The notes: generated by a model not told the origin, from the letters alone. Shown: positions 1 through 11,613, counted from the first letter of the stretch. The stretch: 64,000 bases of DNA from Promethearchaeota archaeon (GCA_048938105.1 JBHLMN010000004.1:224001-288000); one strand, 5' to 3'. Program-made: numbers and translations.

Positions 1-59
1 TCAATACGCAAATTTCGAATGATATTTGCTTTAAGCACTGTTACCGTTCTATTTGACAA
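1..59 (-). CDS. Probable 5' end of a gene running off the window (MSNRTVTVLKANIIRNLRI...)
   Basis: TTG at 59-57 preceded by GAGGTG RBS (71-66); frame open to position 1; divergent from the MFS gene. Confidence 0.35.
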   Translation of the reverse strand, partial: MSNRTVTVLKANIIRNLRI

Positions 60-284
60 TAGAAGCACCTCATTATTATGAAAAATAAAACTAGGTACTA
101 GACTAAAGGAGACATTTTTTTTATTTAAAGAAGTACCTTAATAAACTTCCTTTGGTAAAATGACGTTTTAAGATTGACAGGGATATTTTACCATAATAAA
201 TCACATAAAACAGAAAAAATTAGACCTCTACTCGCTAATCAATGGAATTTCTGGTATGAGCTCCAACATTGGTGAAAAAATTCA

Positions 285-1520
285 GTGACAACGACGAAGT
301 TGTTGAATTCAAACGTTATTACTTTAACTGTGACCCATTTTTTATGGGGATTCGTAAATTTTGTCTATTCGATCCAAATCCAACCGTTTTTATTATCAAT
401 TTACGGCACGACTCCTGAAGCAGCTCAGATCTTGGGAACTATACTTACAATCGGAAGTTTCTCGGCGGTAATTCCGCTATTACTAAGTTTTTGTGGGGAT
501 TTATTTGGTAGGAAAAAATTCATTATTTTTGGGGAGATTATAAGCATTTTAGGGTTAATTGGATTATCATTTGCTAGTTCAGTTGTATTAATGTCAATAA
601 TTAGTCTTATTGTGTTCAATATAGGAATTGGGATTTACGATCCCCCCTTACAAGGGCTTATTCATGAATCGACTATCGTGCCGAAAAGAGGATTAGCTTA
701 TTCAATCGTGTACAACTCCTCTTCTATTGCTGGCATAATTGCTTCCTTTATAATTCAGAATGAGGTTTATGGGGGTTTCGTCATCTATTTTCAAATTAGC
801 TGCATAGTGTTTGCTCTTGCAATAATCATTAATTTCTTAATATTACGCGATATTTCCCCAAATAAGAATAGAATCTATTTTCCTTTAGTTGAGACATTTA
901 AAAAGCCAATTTCTCGATTAACAGTTCTCGCATTCTTTTTAGATACTTTCTCTTGGGGATTACCTCTATCTATAGCGAATGGGATCTATATTATTCTATT
1001 TGGAGTAGACGTCTCTTTTATTGCAACATTAACTTTGACATTAAGTGTGGTTCTTGTTCTTTTCCAATATCCTGCTGGTTCATGTGTTGATCGTTTTGGG
1101 CGGCTTTTTGGACTTATAATGGGAGAGTTAACGGGTTTTATGTGGATAATCTTAACCTTGCTCTCAATAGCGGTTCATCAAGCCGAGATATTGATTTGGG
1201 CATATGCTACATTAGGGATAAGCATTGCATTTTGGAGACCATCTGTTACATTGAGTTTTATTGAGATTGATCCTTCAGCTGTATCAACCAACTTTGGGAT
1301 CCTCTCTTTTATCCAGCGATTAGGCAGTATACCTACTGCAGCTATCGCTGGGTTTATATTTTCTATTATTGGATTTTCTCCATTACTCATTATGACTTTC
1401 AGTGGTACATTGGTTGTGATTGCAATTTTCATCAAGATAGATCAACTTCAAAAAAACCAGATTAAGGAAAAAATACGACAAGATTCTCATATTGAAACTG
1501 AAAATTCCATAAACACCTAA
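285..1520 (+). CDS. MFS transporter
   Basis: About 12 hydrophobic segments; motif A variants GDLFGRKK and VDRFGRL. Confidence 0.9.
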   Translation: MTTTKLLNSNVITLTVTHFLWGFVNFVYSIQIQPFLLSIYGTTPEAAQILGTILTIGSFSAVIPLLLSFCGDLFGRKKFIIFGEIISILGLIGLSFASSVVLMSIISLIVFNIGIGIYDPPLQGLIHESTIVPKRGLAYSIVYNSSSIAGIIASFIIQNEVYGGFVIYFQISCIVFALAIIINFLILRDISPNKNRIYFPLVETFKKPISRLTVLAFFLDTFSWGLPLSIANGIYIILFGVDVSFIATLTLTLSVVLVLFQYPAGSCVDRFGRLFGLIMGELTGFMWIILTLLSIAVHQAEILIWAYATLGISIAFWRPSVTLSFIEIDPSAVSTNFGILSFIQRLGSIPTAAIAGFIFSIIGFSPLLIMTFSGTLVVIAIFIKIDQLQKNQIKEKIRQDSHIETENSINT

Positions 1521-1541
1521 TAATTTCCCAGAAGTGGTTCA

Positions 1542-2801
1542 GTGACAGCAACTCCTAAAATTTCAATTAGAAATGCTTACATGTTACTTTTCGCTTCTCA
1601 AATCGTTAATATCGGGTTTGGACTACTTGCTATATTTATTACATTGTTAGCTGATGAAATTAATTTACGGCCACTTGAAATCGGAGTCATTATCTCCATA
1701 TTTATGGTTGCTCGTGCTATATCATCAGGAGTGGTTCCAGACCTCTCTGATAAAGTTGGGAGGAGATTGATATTGATTGTGTCTCTCGTTTTCTATGCTT
1801 GCAGTACAGCTTTGTTAGGCTTTGCTCGATCTTTTTTCTGGTTATTCATTTTAAGGATTATTGAAGGAGCTTCAGCTGGAGCTGTATTTCCGACAGCTGA
1901 AGCTTTACTTGTTGATTCAGTACCTATGAGAGACCGTGGCGCTTGGATGGGGAAATACTTTACCACATTCAATTTTGGTTTCATTATCGGTCCAGCACTA
2001 GGTGGTATTTTGTTTTCGTTTGGGACAGACGTTTTATCCCTTGAGACATTAACTGCTTTTAGTATTCCTTTTTTATTTACTGGCTTCCTTGGATTTACAT
2101 CCTTGTTATCAATAATTATTTTTGTCAAAGATATTTTTAAGAAAGATAAGAAAGAATCGATTGAAGAATTGATCACTGATGAAATAGATGATATTCCTAC
2201 CTCTATAACTCCCTATTTTAGTTCATTCTTATTTATAGGAGTATTAAGTGGATTCTCTATTGGCTTGATCATTCCTATTTTTACCTTGCATATGACCGAT
2301 GCGTTCTTATTAGATGAAGGAACGGTAGGATTTATTTTCACCATTAGTGGGAGTGTTGCTCTGTTAGTAAACTATCCTGCGGGCAAACTAAGTGATAAAA
2401 TCGAAAGAATGCAGATTGTCTGGATTGGAATGATTTTCACTGGATTAGCTTATATTGGGGTCTCTTTAAGTACAACATTGATCGCTGCAATCATTTTTTT
2501 CATATTTCGATCAACTGCTTTTCAAGCCTATCTCCCTGCTTATCGTGCTTTTCAAGCTGATAAAATCCCCCCATTGATTAGAGGTAAGGTTATGGGTCGT
2601 ATCCAATCAGCTTTCAATGTGGGAGCTACACTAGGTCCCCTTATTGGGGCTTGGATCTATGAGTTATTTGTTTCACAATCAATGGAAATACTTGGGTACA
2701 GATTTTTCGGGGGTGGACTTCCATTTCTTGTAGCAGGGATCTTCGGTTTAATTCAAGTATTTATAGCGGTTTATATCCTACGTAGTGAAAAAAAGGTCTA
2801 G
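1542..2801 (+). CDS. MFS transporter (DHA1/TetA-like)
   Basis: LSDKVGRR motif A, LRIIEG motif B, GFIIGPALGG motif C. Confidence 0.92.
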   Translation: MTATPKISIRNAYMLLFASQIVNIGFGLLAIFITLLADEINLRPLEIGVIISIFMVARAISSGVVPDLSDKVGRRLILIVSLVFYACSTALLGFARSFFWLFILRIIEGASAGAVFPTAEALLVDSVPMRDRGAWMGKYFTTFNFGFIIGPALGGILFSFGTDVLSLETLTAFSIPFLFTGFLGFTSLLSIIIFVKDIFKKDKKESIEELITDEIDDIPTSITPYFSSFLFIGVLSGFSIGLIIPIFTLHMTDAFLLDEGTVGFIFTISGSVALLVNYPAGKLSDKIERMQIVWIGMIFTGLAYIGVSLSTTLIAAIIFFIFRSTAFQAYLPAYRAFQADKIPPLIRGKVMGRIQSAFNVGATLGPLIGAWIYELFVSQSMEILGYRFFGGGLPFLVAGIFGLIQVFIAVYILRSEKKV

Positions 2802-3913
2802 GATTGAGCATACTCAGTTGTTGTAGTAAACCAAAAAGGGACAGAGAACGCAATTAAATAAAATATAGTAATAAAAAAGAAATATTGAGGAAATATATTA
2901 TCCGTTACAGCTCGGCCAACCATTACAACCAATGTCTGTATTATTAATAATCCAAGAGATATTACAAAGAGTCCTGCTAGTCCCCGCGTTATAAAGGGTG
3001 CAGATTGTCTCTTAATCTCTTTACCCCATTCAGAAGTAGACTCTCCAATAATTAACTCCTTGAAGACATATATCGCAACAATTAAGCTTACTAAAAGAGC
3101 CAGAAGAATGGATAAATCATATACAGCTAACAAAAGACTATCATTGAAAAATGAACCCAGATTTCCAGTTAAAACGTGAATATTATAACAGGAACTAAAT
3201 AAAATAGGAAACAATATGTTTCGAGTAAGGATATAGATTGTACCTGCACACAGACCGAATAAGAAGAAAGAAATGAAATTATACAGATCATAAGGATAAT
3301 TTGGGTTTAAAATATATGAGGGTATTTGAATAAAGCAATGTCCGATAGCAGATACAATAACTGCAAGTAAAGGAGATAACCCACGGTCTTCCAATAAAGG
3401 AATAATCGTCCGACGATAGATTAGCTCATCAAATATTGGTTCAACAATTAATACCAGAATAAGAAATAGAATGAAAATAAGCGGATTAAATAGTACATCA
3501 TAATCTTCAAAGGAATAAAAGGGTTGAAATGTTGATTTAAAATTAAGGAAATATTCAAAAAGATAATTTAACAGTTGTAGGAAAAATATCATGACACAAG
3601 AAAGAAAGGCAAAGATAGCAAAGCTAGTAGTATTAGCGTTCTTATAATCAGCATCTACTACTTTCAGACGAGGAATAAAAATAAAATAAACAATAAGACT
3701 TAATATACAAAATAATATATTACTTATTAATAAATTCAATAATATTTGATCCAAGTCTATTTTTGAACTAATAATTACCCATTGAAGAAATAACATTGGC
3801 CAACCAATTAGGTTAACGAGAAAGTAACCTACTGCAACAATTACCGCTGGTGTGAAGAAATTCAAGTAACTATTTTCAATCTCAACTATATTCAATTTTC
3901 TCATAATAATCAC
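2798..3913 (-). CDS. CPBP (CAAX/Abi-type) intramembrane protease family protein
   Basis: Polytopic membrane protein with EPIFDELIYRR (EExxxR-like) and YILTRNILFPIL motifs; catalytic residues partly degenerate. Confidence 0.75.
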   Translation of the reverse strand: MIIMRKLNIVEIENSYLNFFTPAVIVAVGYFLVNLIGWPMLFLQWVIISSKIDLDQILLNLLISNILFCILSLIVYFIFIPRLKVVDADYKNANTTSFAIFAFLSCVMIFFLQLLNYLFEYFLNFKSTFQPFYSFEDYDVLFNPLIFILFLILVLIVEPIFDELIYRRTIIPLLEDRGLSPLLAVIVSAIGHCFIQIPSYILNPNYPYDLYNFISFFLFGLCAGTIYILTRNILFPILFSSCYNIHVLTGNLGSFFNDSLLLAVYDLSILLALLVSLIVAIYVFKELIIGESTSEWGKEIKRQSAPFITRGLAGLFVISLGLLIIQTLVVMVGRAVTDNIFPQYFFFITIFYLIAFSVPFWFTTTTEYAQS

Positions 3914-3999
3914 TCGGATTTTGAATTTTTCTAATTATAACAGATTCTTTTTCGATTCTTGAACGATTCTTTAGGTTACAATAAGTGAAAATTATTATA

Positions 4000-4677
4000 T
4001 CAAAGTTTTTGTCTCCATTCGAGAATGTCCTTAATAGGTACAAGTATGATCGTGGAAATATGAGTTGTAGGGTCTATTTCATCTTTATTAAAACGTTCTA
4101 ATTTTATTTTGTTCAATGTTCTTAGCATCTTTTCCTCAAACTCTTTGTAAATTTGAAGAGTTTCTGTTGTAAGAGGAATGATTCTAATAAATGTTTCTCT
4201 TTGGTTATCTAAAGTTTGCAGATCAAATAAGTAACGATTATGTTCAATATATTTAATCATCCATTTCATTAAGTTAATTGTTACTAAAACGTCTGTATTC
4301 ATTAATTCAATTAATGAACCTTTTAGATCTCCTTTCTTTTCATCTGATATTTTCTGTGATTTAACCTCTTCTTGAAGTTGGTACAGTATTTTGTTTAAAT
4401 TATCTAGATTTAGTGAATAAAGACGTGTTTTGAGTCTTTTTTTATCACTTTCTTTTTCTTCCCATTTAATAATCCCCACTTCTTCTAGCTTCTTCATATG
4501 ATGGTGGATGGTTGTTTTTCCTTTTTGAAGGATTCTACTTAATTGTTTCAAAGTTAATTTTTCATATGTAAGTAAACAGAGATGAATTGCTAATCGTGTC
4601 TCATCTTTAAGCATCTCATTGACTCTATAAATTAAAGAATTAGGTAAGATTTTGTCCCCTTTTTTCTCTTTATTCAT
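4000..4677 (-). CDS. ArsR-like winged-helix transcriptional regulator
   Basis: ETRLAI...LTLKQLSRILQKGKTTIHHHMKKLEEVGII HTH. Confidence 0.85.
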   Translation of the reverse strand: MNKEKKGDKILPNSLIYRVNEMLKDETRLAIHLCLLTYEKLTLKQLSRILQKGKTTIHHHMKKLEEVGIIKWEEKESDKKRLKTRLYSLNLDNLNKILYQLQEEVKSQKISDEKKGDLKGSLIELMNTDVLVTINLMKWMIKYIEHNRYLFDLQTLDNQRETFIRIIPLTTETLQIYKEFEEKMLRTLNKIKLERFNKDEIDPTTHISTIILVPIKDILEWRQKL

Positions 4678-4949
4678 AATTATACTCCTTGAGAATCTTA
4701 CCTTTGGTTGAGATTGCTTTTCTTGCTGTTTATGTAATTAGGTTTAATCGTTTATAATTTAATATATTTAAACCAATATATTGGATAGTTTTTAACCGAT
4801 TTATTTCACCATTAATAATTCTTATAAGTTATTACTATATCTCTTCATTCAACATCGAATATACGATTAACTTAAATACTGATAGAACAAGTAATTCTCT
4901 TTCTCTGTTTAACTTTGTGTATCTATGAAAAAACAGGAGTTATGGTTGA

Positions 4950-7832
4950 ATGTGGTTAAATATCAAGTTTATACTACAGTTCTCATTTAATAGTATCAAT
5001 AAAAATTTACTTCGGTCATTTAGTCTGATTCTCTCTGTTATTCTGATAATTAGCACAACTGTCACAATGTTAGGGTGGTTAGAAGAGGCACCTAAGAATG
5101 CAATAAACGCTGCTTTTGAAAATCGAGGATATGAGGTGAAAATTTCAGAGATTTATTATCATGAGGGAGGATTAGAGACAATCCAAGCCTATCTTGAGAC
5201 AGAAAGCATTGTGGAGTCTGCTTGTATCATTCATCGCTCTTTATTCCTTTACAATCTTAACAACAGAAATTCTAACTTTAGCGTCCTTAACCCTCCAGTG
5301 AACGAAAGTGATTTTTATATTAGTAAAGAGGATTTAAGTAATGGGGCATTTTTTGTTCCAAATGAATTTTTATCACACATTCAACCCATGTTACAGTTCG
5401 AAAGTGGAAGTGATATTTCATTTGGTCAGGATAATACGAAAGTCGTTATTTCACGTCGAATGTTATCATTAATTGAGGAAAAAACAAACCAATCGGATTT
5501 AACTCTTGGGTCAACCATTAATTTCTCGATTGCCACTCAATTTTTGCCAGAAAATCACGAAGAACTAAGTGATTTAAATCCACTATCGTCAGAAAATTTT
5601 TCAATTCTCACGATAGGAGCGATTTATGATCGAATTCCTTCTCAAACTCAAATAGCTTTTGGCTTAGATTTTTATCAAGAAACCCTTGGAGATGGGATTT
5701 TTCTATCTCATGAGCTTCTATCAGAGAATTTCACTTCAGAAATTGAGGCAAATGGTTTCTTCCCAACTCTTTTTGTTAGGCTAAACAGGACTTACCTTAG
5801 TCACCTTTCAATTGATCAAGTTATCCCTCAGATAAACTATCTTACTGCCAGAATATACCAACAAGGTCGTTATAAAATCGAGATACAGACTGATGAAATT
5901 CATTCATTGCTTAATATATTTAACAAGTCATTCTTCGTCTTAATCCTCATGTTATTGCCTATGTTAATTTGCGCAGAGATTTTTTACCTTGCTTTAGTTC
6001 CACATCTTCTCAATTCACGGACAGATGAATTTCATTATCTGAGACTACGGGGTACATCCGACCGAAAAATCTATGTCATTGGAGGTTTTGAATTTGTGTT
6101 TCTGACTTTTTTTGGACTAATCGGAGGTATCTTGGGAGGTGCAGTTTTATTTGACATTTTATTAACGACTTCGAATTTTTTACAAGTTCCCTATGAATTC
6201 TTATACAGTAGGGGGAGATCTCTGTTAGAGACTCAAAGTCATATTTGGTTGAACGGTGTCATCTTTGTTTTAGCTTTGAATTTCGGGTATTTCCTACTTT
6301 TATTTAAACGAATAGTTAAAAGATTACATCAATTTGATCATGAAAGGCAGAGTAGTCGTTTCCTTTCCACACATCAGAGAATGACCTCAACAATCTTACG
6401 ATTGTTGATTGCTGGATTAGTACTTTATCTAGCTTTTACGACGCTTGCTCCAACAATACTTAATGAATTAGGTGCATCTGAGATCTCTGTTCAGCTAATT
6501 CCTCTCATTGCTATTCTTGTTATGGCATTGTGGGTACTTTTTTCCTTTTACATTCCGCAATTTTGTTTACGGATTATTCAATCAATTTTCGAAAGCTTAA
6601 AGATTTTCAAGAATCCTCGAAGAAGGATAACTTGGGTTAATCTATTTCGTCGTCGTGGTCAATTTATTAGTGTCCTTGCATTAATCACTCTAACACTCTC
6701 TCTATTTACATTTACAATAGTTTATGAGGAGACAATAAAGGATAATAGTAATAAAAACGCTGATTACTTTATTGGAGGGGATATTAAGCTTGTTACTGAT
6801 GATGTAAGTGCTTTAAATTTTTCATCTAAAATTGTTAATATATCTGGGATTGATCATTGTGTTGGATTTCCTTGCAGGACAGTTACAATTGCTCGATATT
6901 CCATTGTTTTAATTGGAATTGATCCAGATTCTTATAATGAAATCTCAAGCGTTTACCCCGAATCAATTGTTGATGGCCCAGAACCAGCTAGGTTTTGGCA
7001 TTCTTTAAGTGAGAATCCTCTCCATTCATTTATAATCAATAATTTCATGGCTGAAGTCTTTAGATGGGAAATAGGATCTGTCACTCAAGTATTAGGCCTT
7101 TTAGCTGGTTATGGAGCTGAGTGGAATCTTTCTGTTACTGGAATACTTAATTCTGCTCCTGGAGTTGGGTCTTTATATCCAGGGGAGTATGTTGCTGGTG
7201 TATACAGCTTTGGTGGGTATGCTTTTGTACATAAAGATTTACTAGAGGCTTTTGGTACAACAACTGCCAATGTTTTCCTTCTTCGTATCAATTCTACAGA
7301 TGTAGAACAACTATCACTAATAAATGACCAGTTGCAAAATTTAAATGAAATACGAATAATTCTTGAATCCTCTTCAGTAGAAAAATACCAACAAAATTTC
7401 TTCCATTTAGCAGGTGTTCAAGGACTTTTAACAATAGATTGCCTTGGAGCAATTTTAGTTGCTATTCTAGGAGTTGCAGTATTCTATCAGTATTTAGTTA
7501 GTGAACGCTTACAAGAATTCGCAATATTTCAAGCATTCGGGGCTACACGGCGTAAGATTTCAAGATTAGTATTAAACGAATCACTATTCTTAACTGGTAT
7601 TGGAATAATCTTAGGAGTCATAACGGGTAACTTATTTGCATTGGGCTTTCTTTTTGCTTCACGAACAATCACAATTAGTCCAAATAATATATTCTTATTA
7701 GAATTATCAATCTCACCCATCATTCTGGGTATTGGATTGATAATTGTAGCCCTGGTAATTTTCTTAACCTCCTTAATTCCAACGATTAAGATTTATGGTT
7801 ATGAAATAACACACCTATTGAGAGAATTGTGA
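4950..7832 (+). CDS. FtsX/MacB-like ABC transporter permease (two FtsX units)
   Basis: RTDEFHYLRLRG and ERLQEFAIFQAFGA motifs; large extracellular loops. Confidence 0.88.
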   Translation: MWLNIKFILQFSFNSINKNLLRSFSLILSVILIISTTVTMLGWLEEAPKNAINAAFENRGYEVKISEIYYHEGGLETIQAYLETESIVESACIIHRSLFLYNLNNRNSNFSVLNPPVNESDFYISKEDLSNGAFFVPNEFLSHIQPMLQFESGSDISFGQDNTKVVISRRMLSLIEEKTNQSDLTLGSTINFSIATQFLPENHEELSDLNPLSSENFSILTIGAIYDRIPSQTQIAFGLDFYQETLGDGIFLSHELLSENFTSEIEANGFFPTLFVRLNRTYLSHLSIDQVIPQINYLTARIYQQGRYKIEIQTDEIHSLLNIFNKSFFVLILMLLPMLICAEIFYLALVPHLLNSRTDEFHYLRLRGTSDRKIYVIGGFEFVFLTFFGLIGGILGGAVLFDILLTTSNFLQVPYEFLYSRGRSLLETQSHIWLNGVIFVLALNFGYFLLLFKRIVKRLHQFDHERQSSRFLSTHQRMTSTILRLLIAGLVLYLAFTTLAPTILNELGASEISVQLIPLIAILVMALWVLFSFYIPQFCLRIIQSIFESLKIFKNPRRRITWVNLFRRRGQFISVLALITLTLSLFTFTIVYEETIKDNSNKNADYFIGGDIKLVTDDVSALNFSSKIVNISGIDHCVGFPCRTVTIARYSIVLIGIDPDSYNEISSVYPESIVDGPEPARFWHSLSENPLHSFIINNFMAEVFRWEIGSVTQVLGLLAGYGAEWNLSVTGILNSAPGVGSLYPGEYVAGVYSFGGYAFVHKDLLEAFGTTTANVFLLRINSTDVEQLSLINDQLQNLNEIRIILESSSVEKYQQNFFHLAGVQGLLTIDCLGAILVAILGVAVFYQYLVSERLQEFAIFQAFGATRRKISRLVLNESLFLTGIGIILGVITGNLFALGFLFASRTITISPNNIFLLELSISPIILGIGLIIVALVIFLTSLIPTIKIYGYEITHLLREL

Positions 7833-7857
7833 AGAAAAAATCATTAGGAGGCTTAAT

Positions 7858-8895
7858 ATGGCAATTCGGGCAAGAAAATTGATGTACGATCCAACAGAAA
7901 AATTACCTGATAATTTACTAATTGCTCTATTTAATATCTACAAAATTTATCAATCTGATAAAATTGAGCATGTCGCTCTACGAGGAGTAAGTCTATCTAT
8001 TCATTCCGAGGAAATGATCAGTTGTGTTGGGCCCTCTGGTAGTGGAAAAACTACATTACTCCGAATTTTAGCTGGTTTGATTCCACCGACAGCAGGGACA
8101 GTATTTTGGAAGAAATTGGAAACAACTCTCTCTCATTTTACTATTTCCCAGTTAGCGAGTGTTCGAAACACTTTCCTTGGGTACATATCCCAACAACCCT
8201 TTCTTCTCCCACAATTGTCAGTACTGAAGAATGTGATGTTTCCAGGAATGATTTGTGACCGATCAAATGCTCGTGAACTTAAGTATAGGGCTCTAGATCT
8301 CCTTCAACGAGTGGGACTATTAGACAGGGTTGATTCCTCCCCAAATATGTTGAGTTCAGGAGAAATTCAGCGAGTTTCTCTCGCTAGTTCATTAATTAAC
8401 TATCCAGATATTGTATTCGCTGATGAACCAACAGGAAATCTCGATTTTGATACGGGTGAACAATTTCTTGATCTAATGAAGGAAATCAACGAAAGCTTAG
8501 GTACTACTTTTTTCATAGTTACTCATTCACCACAAGTAGCAAAAAGAACGAACCGAGTATTAGAACTATCGGATGGGATGCTTATTGGGCATCATACAGT
8601 TGCTAATTTAGCTGCGTTACACCATACTAGAACATTAGTACCTGATGCTCAAAATAGAATTTTTCTTCCTGAAGAGCTCATGGAAAGACTTAACTTTCCT
8701 TGGGGATTTTCAGTGGATATAGATGAAAAGAAATTAATTCTGAATCCTATTGCAATGGAAGACATTGACCCTTCCGAAATTCTTGAAAAAGAACTTCCCT
8801 GTGAGTTATGTGGTACAAAAAACCCGTACACTAATCGATTTTGTGATCATTGTGGAAGTTTGCTTTCTCAGTTCAAGTTTTTTAAGGAGGAATAA
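7858..8895 (+). CDS. LolD/MacB-type ABC ATPase with C-terminal AbrB-like and zinc-ribbon domains
   Basis: GPSGSGKT, LSSGE, FADEPTGNLD; C-terminal DAQNRIFLPEELMERL and CELC...CDHC. Confidence 0.9.
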   Translation: MAIRARKLMYDPTEKLPDNLLIALFNIYKIYQSDKIEHVALRGVSLSIHSEEMISCVGPSGSGKTTLLRILAGLIPPTAGTVFWKKLETTLSHFTISQLASVRNTFLGYISQQPFLLPQLSVLKNVMFPGMICDRSNARELKYRALDLLQRVGLLDRVDSSPNMLSSGEIQRVSLASSLINYPDIVFADEPTGNLDFDTGEQFLDLMKEINESLGTTFFIVTHSPQVAKRTNRVLELSDGMLIGHHTVANLAALHHTRTLVPDAQNRIFLPEELMERLNFPWGFSVDIDEKKLILNPIAMEDIDPSEILEKELPCELCGTKNPYTNRFCDHCGSLLSQFKFFKEE

Positions 8896-8897
8896 CC

Positions 8898-9659
8898 ATG
8901 GTTTCAGCAGTAACAGAAGAAGGATCTCACTCTTCTCAATTAGCTCAAAATTCCTCATCGCTTCTTTCAGTTTCTCATCTGAAAAAAAGCTTCACAGATG
9001 GAAGATGGAAACTGGATGTATTAAGAGATGTAACATTTAACATCTCACGTGAGGAGTGGGTTGCAATTATGGGACCTTCTGGTTGCGGAAAAACTACTTT
9101 ATTAAATTTGATTGGTTTATTAGATCAACAAGACAATGGAAAGATTATTTTTGAGGGGATCGATTCTCAGAGTTTAAACTCGCAGAAAAAAGCTCTCATT
9201 CGTTCAACCCAAATTGGCTTTGTTTTTCAAAACCACTTTCTTGTTCCAACTCTAACAGTAAAGGAAAACGTTGAATTACCATTTATCTGGTCAAAAAATA
9301 ATTTAAAACTATCTGAAATCGAAGAAAGAACGTTATCAGCAATTGAAATGGTTGGATTGCTAAATAGAGTTGATTATTTTCCAGAAGAACTCTCTGGTGG
9401 GGAAAAACAACGGATTGCTATTGCTCGTGCTTTAGTGAATAAAGCTCAACTTGTTCTTCTTGATGAACCCACAGGTAATTTGGACGCGCAGACTGGTAAA
9501 GCGATTCTAAGCATCTTTAGACGGATCGTTGATCAGGGTAAAAGCGTAATTATGGTAACTCATGATTCAGAAGCAGCCCGATTAGCAGATAGAGTACTAC
9601 TTCTTAAACAAGGGAAGATTATCCCTCTTGAACAGGAAAAAGGGGAAGTGAACCTTTGA
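8898..9659 (+). CDS. LolD/MacB-type ABC ATPase
   Basis: GPSGCGKT, LSGGEKQR, LLDEPTGNLD, VTHD. Confidence 0.95.
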   Translation: MVSAVTEEGSHSSQLAQNSSSLLSVSHLKKSFTDGRWKLDVLRDVTFNISREEWVAIMGPSGCGKTTLLNLIGLLDQQDNGKIIFEGIDSQSLNSQKKALIRSTQIGFVFQNHFLVPTLTVKENVELPFIWSKNNLKLSEIEERTLSAIEMVGLLNRVDYFPEELSGGEKQRIAIARALVNKAQLVLLDEPTGNLDAQTGKAILSIFRRIVDQGKSVIMVTHDSEAARLADRVLLLKQGKIIPLEQEKGEVNL

Positions 9660-11599
9660 AACGTACAGATCCTTGGGAAGCCTTTTTTCCAATTCTTTTT
9701 CTCCTTCTACTTTCTGTTTCGCCATCAAGTTATTCTTTAAGAATGATATCGGTATTAAATGAGGTTGATGACCTCTGTTACTGCAAAGACTCCCAATTTC
9801 CCGTTTTATCCCGACCAGTTTACTTAACCAATGATAAAATGCAAATGAAAAATACTTATTATGAAAATATCTCTTGGGTTGATTCAACAATTATTATCAA
9901 TGAATCTACTTCATTCAATTCATTTTCAAACCTTTTTATTGAGAATAGTACAATAATATTATCCCCTCGAAATCCTAGTGACCATATTAAAGTAATCATT
10001 GGAGAATCATCACTTTTCAATATATCAAATTCAATTCTATTAGTAGATGGTAGTACAGGCGGAGGAGGATCCCTAGAATTTTATGGGGATACGCTTTCTA
10101 TCATCAATTCTTCTTTTATTGGTCTTGGTTCAAACGACTATCTTCCTGGATTTTATGTCATAAATAGTCAAATCTCAATTACTGACTCTGAATTTCTTTT
10201 GGGTTATATCGGGATCACATTTCAAGATTCACAGGATGTCGCAATAGTTAACTGTTCATTTCGAGATATTACAGGAATTGAGGGATATGGTGGAATAGGA
10301 ATTCTTGGGCACAACTCGGTTCGAGTTGTTGTTTCAGGATGTACGTTCAACACTACTAATTTTGGTCTTTATCTCCAAAATTGTCGACATATATCTGTAA
10401 TAAAATCTACTTTTACTCAATGTGGCTCTTTTGCAATGTACCTACTACCTTATTTTTATTATTATGATGTTTTTGATGTTCGGATAGAGAATAACACAGT
10501 TACAGACTCAAACTTCGGAGTTCTGGTAATTGGTAGTGAAATTAATATTGTGAAAAATTCGTTTAAAGACTTAAGCCAAACAGGAGTGTATATAGCTGGA
10601 AGAGGTATTAATGTCTCGTTTAATATTTTTGAACGTTTATCAAGAGGTGTCGTTAGTCTTGAATCGTTGGGAAATCCAGCTGGAGATCTTCTTTCATCAA
10701 TATCTAATACGAGAATTCAAAGGAATTTATTCGAGAATATTACCCTAACAGGTATTTTACTTCAGAATTATGATTTTCCAACAATTTTCTATATTATTGA
10801 AAATAATTTTACTCACAATGATATAGGACTGAGGTTCAGGGGAAATTTAGGAGGAGCCGATTCGACACAGAGGTCCTGGGTTGTCGGTAATATCTTCGAT
10901 AACATGACTAAATATGCAATACAGGGGATTTCACTGGATTACCTTGCTCATTTTCAATACACTTCATTCGTAGGCAATGTTTTCGTCAATTCACCAAATC
11001 AATATACGTCATTTCAATCAAAATATTATTACATGGATGATGTTAGGTGGGATGATGGTTTCCTCGGAAATTACTGGGAATCTTTCCTAAATAACTCCCA
11101 ATGTCTAGATGAAGATAATAACAGAATTGGAGACAATTCCTATATCTTATCGGTCGATCATGGGCAGCTCGATAGGGCTCCCTTATTATCATTAGATTTC
11201 TTTAGAAAAAATTCCTTCCTTTGCAGCACTCATCCTGTAGATCTCGTTAGAACAAAATCTGAGTTGAAAAGAGAGAATAATACTCTATATTGGTCAATTC
11301 AGGGTGAAAATGGATCTTATGTTGTAGTTTTGTTAAATGGTATACAGATTACAGCTGAACAGAATGGGTCTGATGTTATAGTCTCTCTGAAATCATTAGA
11401 AATCGGATTATACAATCTTTCATTAGTGATCCGACATGGAAGTCGACTCTATAGAGATCTCGTATGGGTTCGAATCTTAAAAGACGAAAATAATTTCGTT
11501 ACTGATATTCTTATTCCATTTGGGACATTGATGTTCCTGATAGCAATTGGGATCGTGATAATTTTTCATATAAAGAGACGGAATAAATCAATTTTCTAG
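9656..11599 (+). CDS. Secreted, membrane-anchored right-handed parallel beta-helix (NosD/CASH-like) protein
   Basis: Signal peptide, Asn-ladder repeats, GNYW...D.DNNRIGD...D..PL tail typical of NosD-like domains, C-terminal TM. Confidence 0.8.
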   Translation: MKRTDPWEAFFPILFLLLLSVSPSSYSLRMISVLNEVDDLCYCKDSQFPVLSRPVYLTNDKMQMKNTYYENISWVDSTIIINESTSFNSFSNLFIENSTIILSPRNPSDHIKVIIGESSLFNISNSILLVDGSTGGGGSLEFYGDTLSIINSSFIGLGSNDYLPGFYVINSQISITDSEFLLGYIGITFQDSQDVAIVNCSFRDITGIEGYGGIGILGHNSVRVVVSGCTFNTTNFGLYLQNCRHISVIKSTFTQCGSFAMYLLPYFYYYDVFDVRIENNTVTDSNFGVLVIGSEINIVKNSFKDLSQTGVYIAGRGINVSFNIFERLSRGVVSLESLGNPAGDLLSSISNTRIQRNLFENITLTGILLQNYDFPTIFYIIENNFTHNDIGLRFRGNLGGADSTQRSWVVGNIFDNMTKYAIQGISLDYLAHFQYTSFVGNVFVNSPNQYTSFQSKYYYMDDVRWDDGFLGNYWESFLNNSQCLDEDNNRIGDNSYILSVDHGQLDRAPLLSLDFFRKNSFLCSTHPVDLVRTKSELKRENNTLYWSIQGENGSYVVVLLNGIQITAEQNGSDVIVSLKSLEIGLYNLSLVIRHGSRLYRDLVWVRILKDENNFVTDILIPFGTLMFLIAIGIVIIFHIKRRNKSIF

Positions 11600-11613
11600 A
11601 TAGGTGTGTTAAA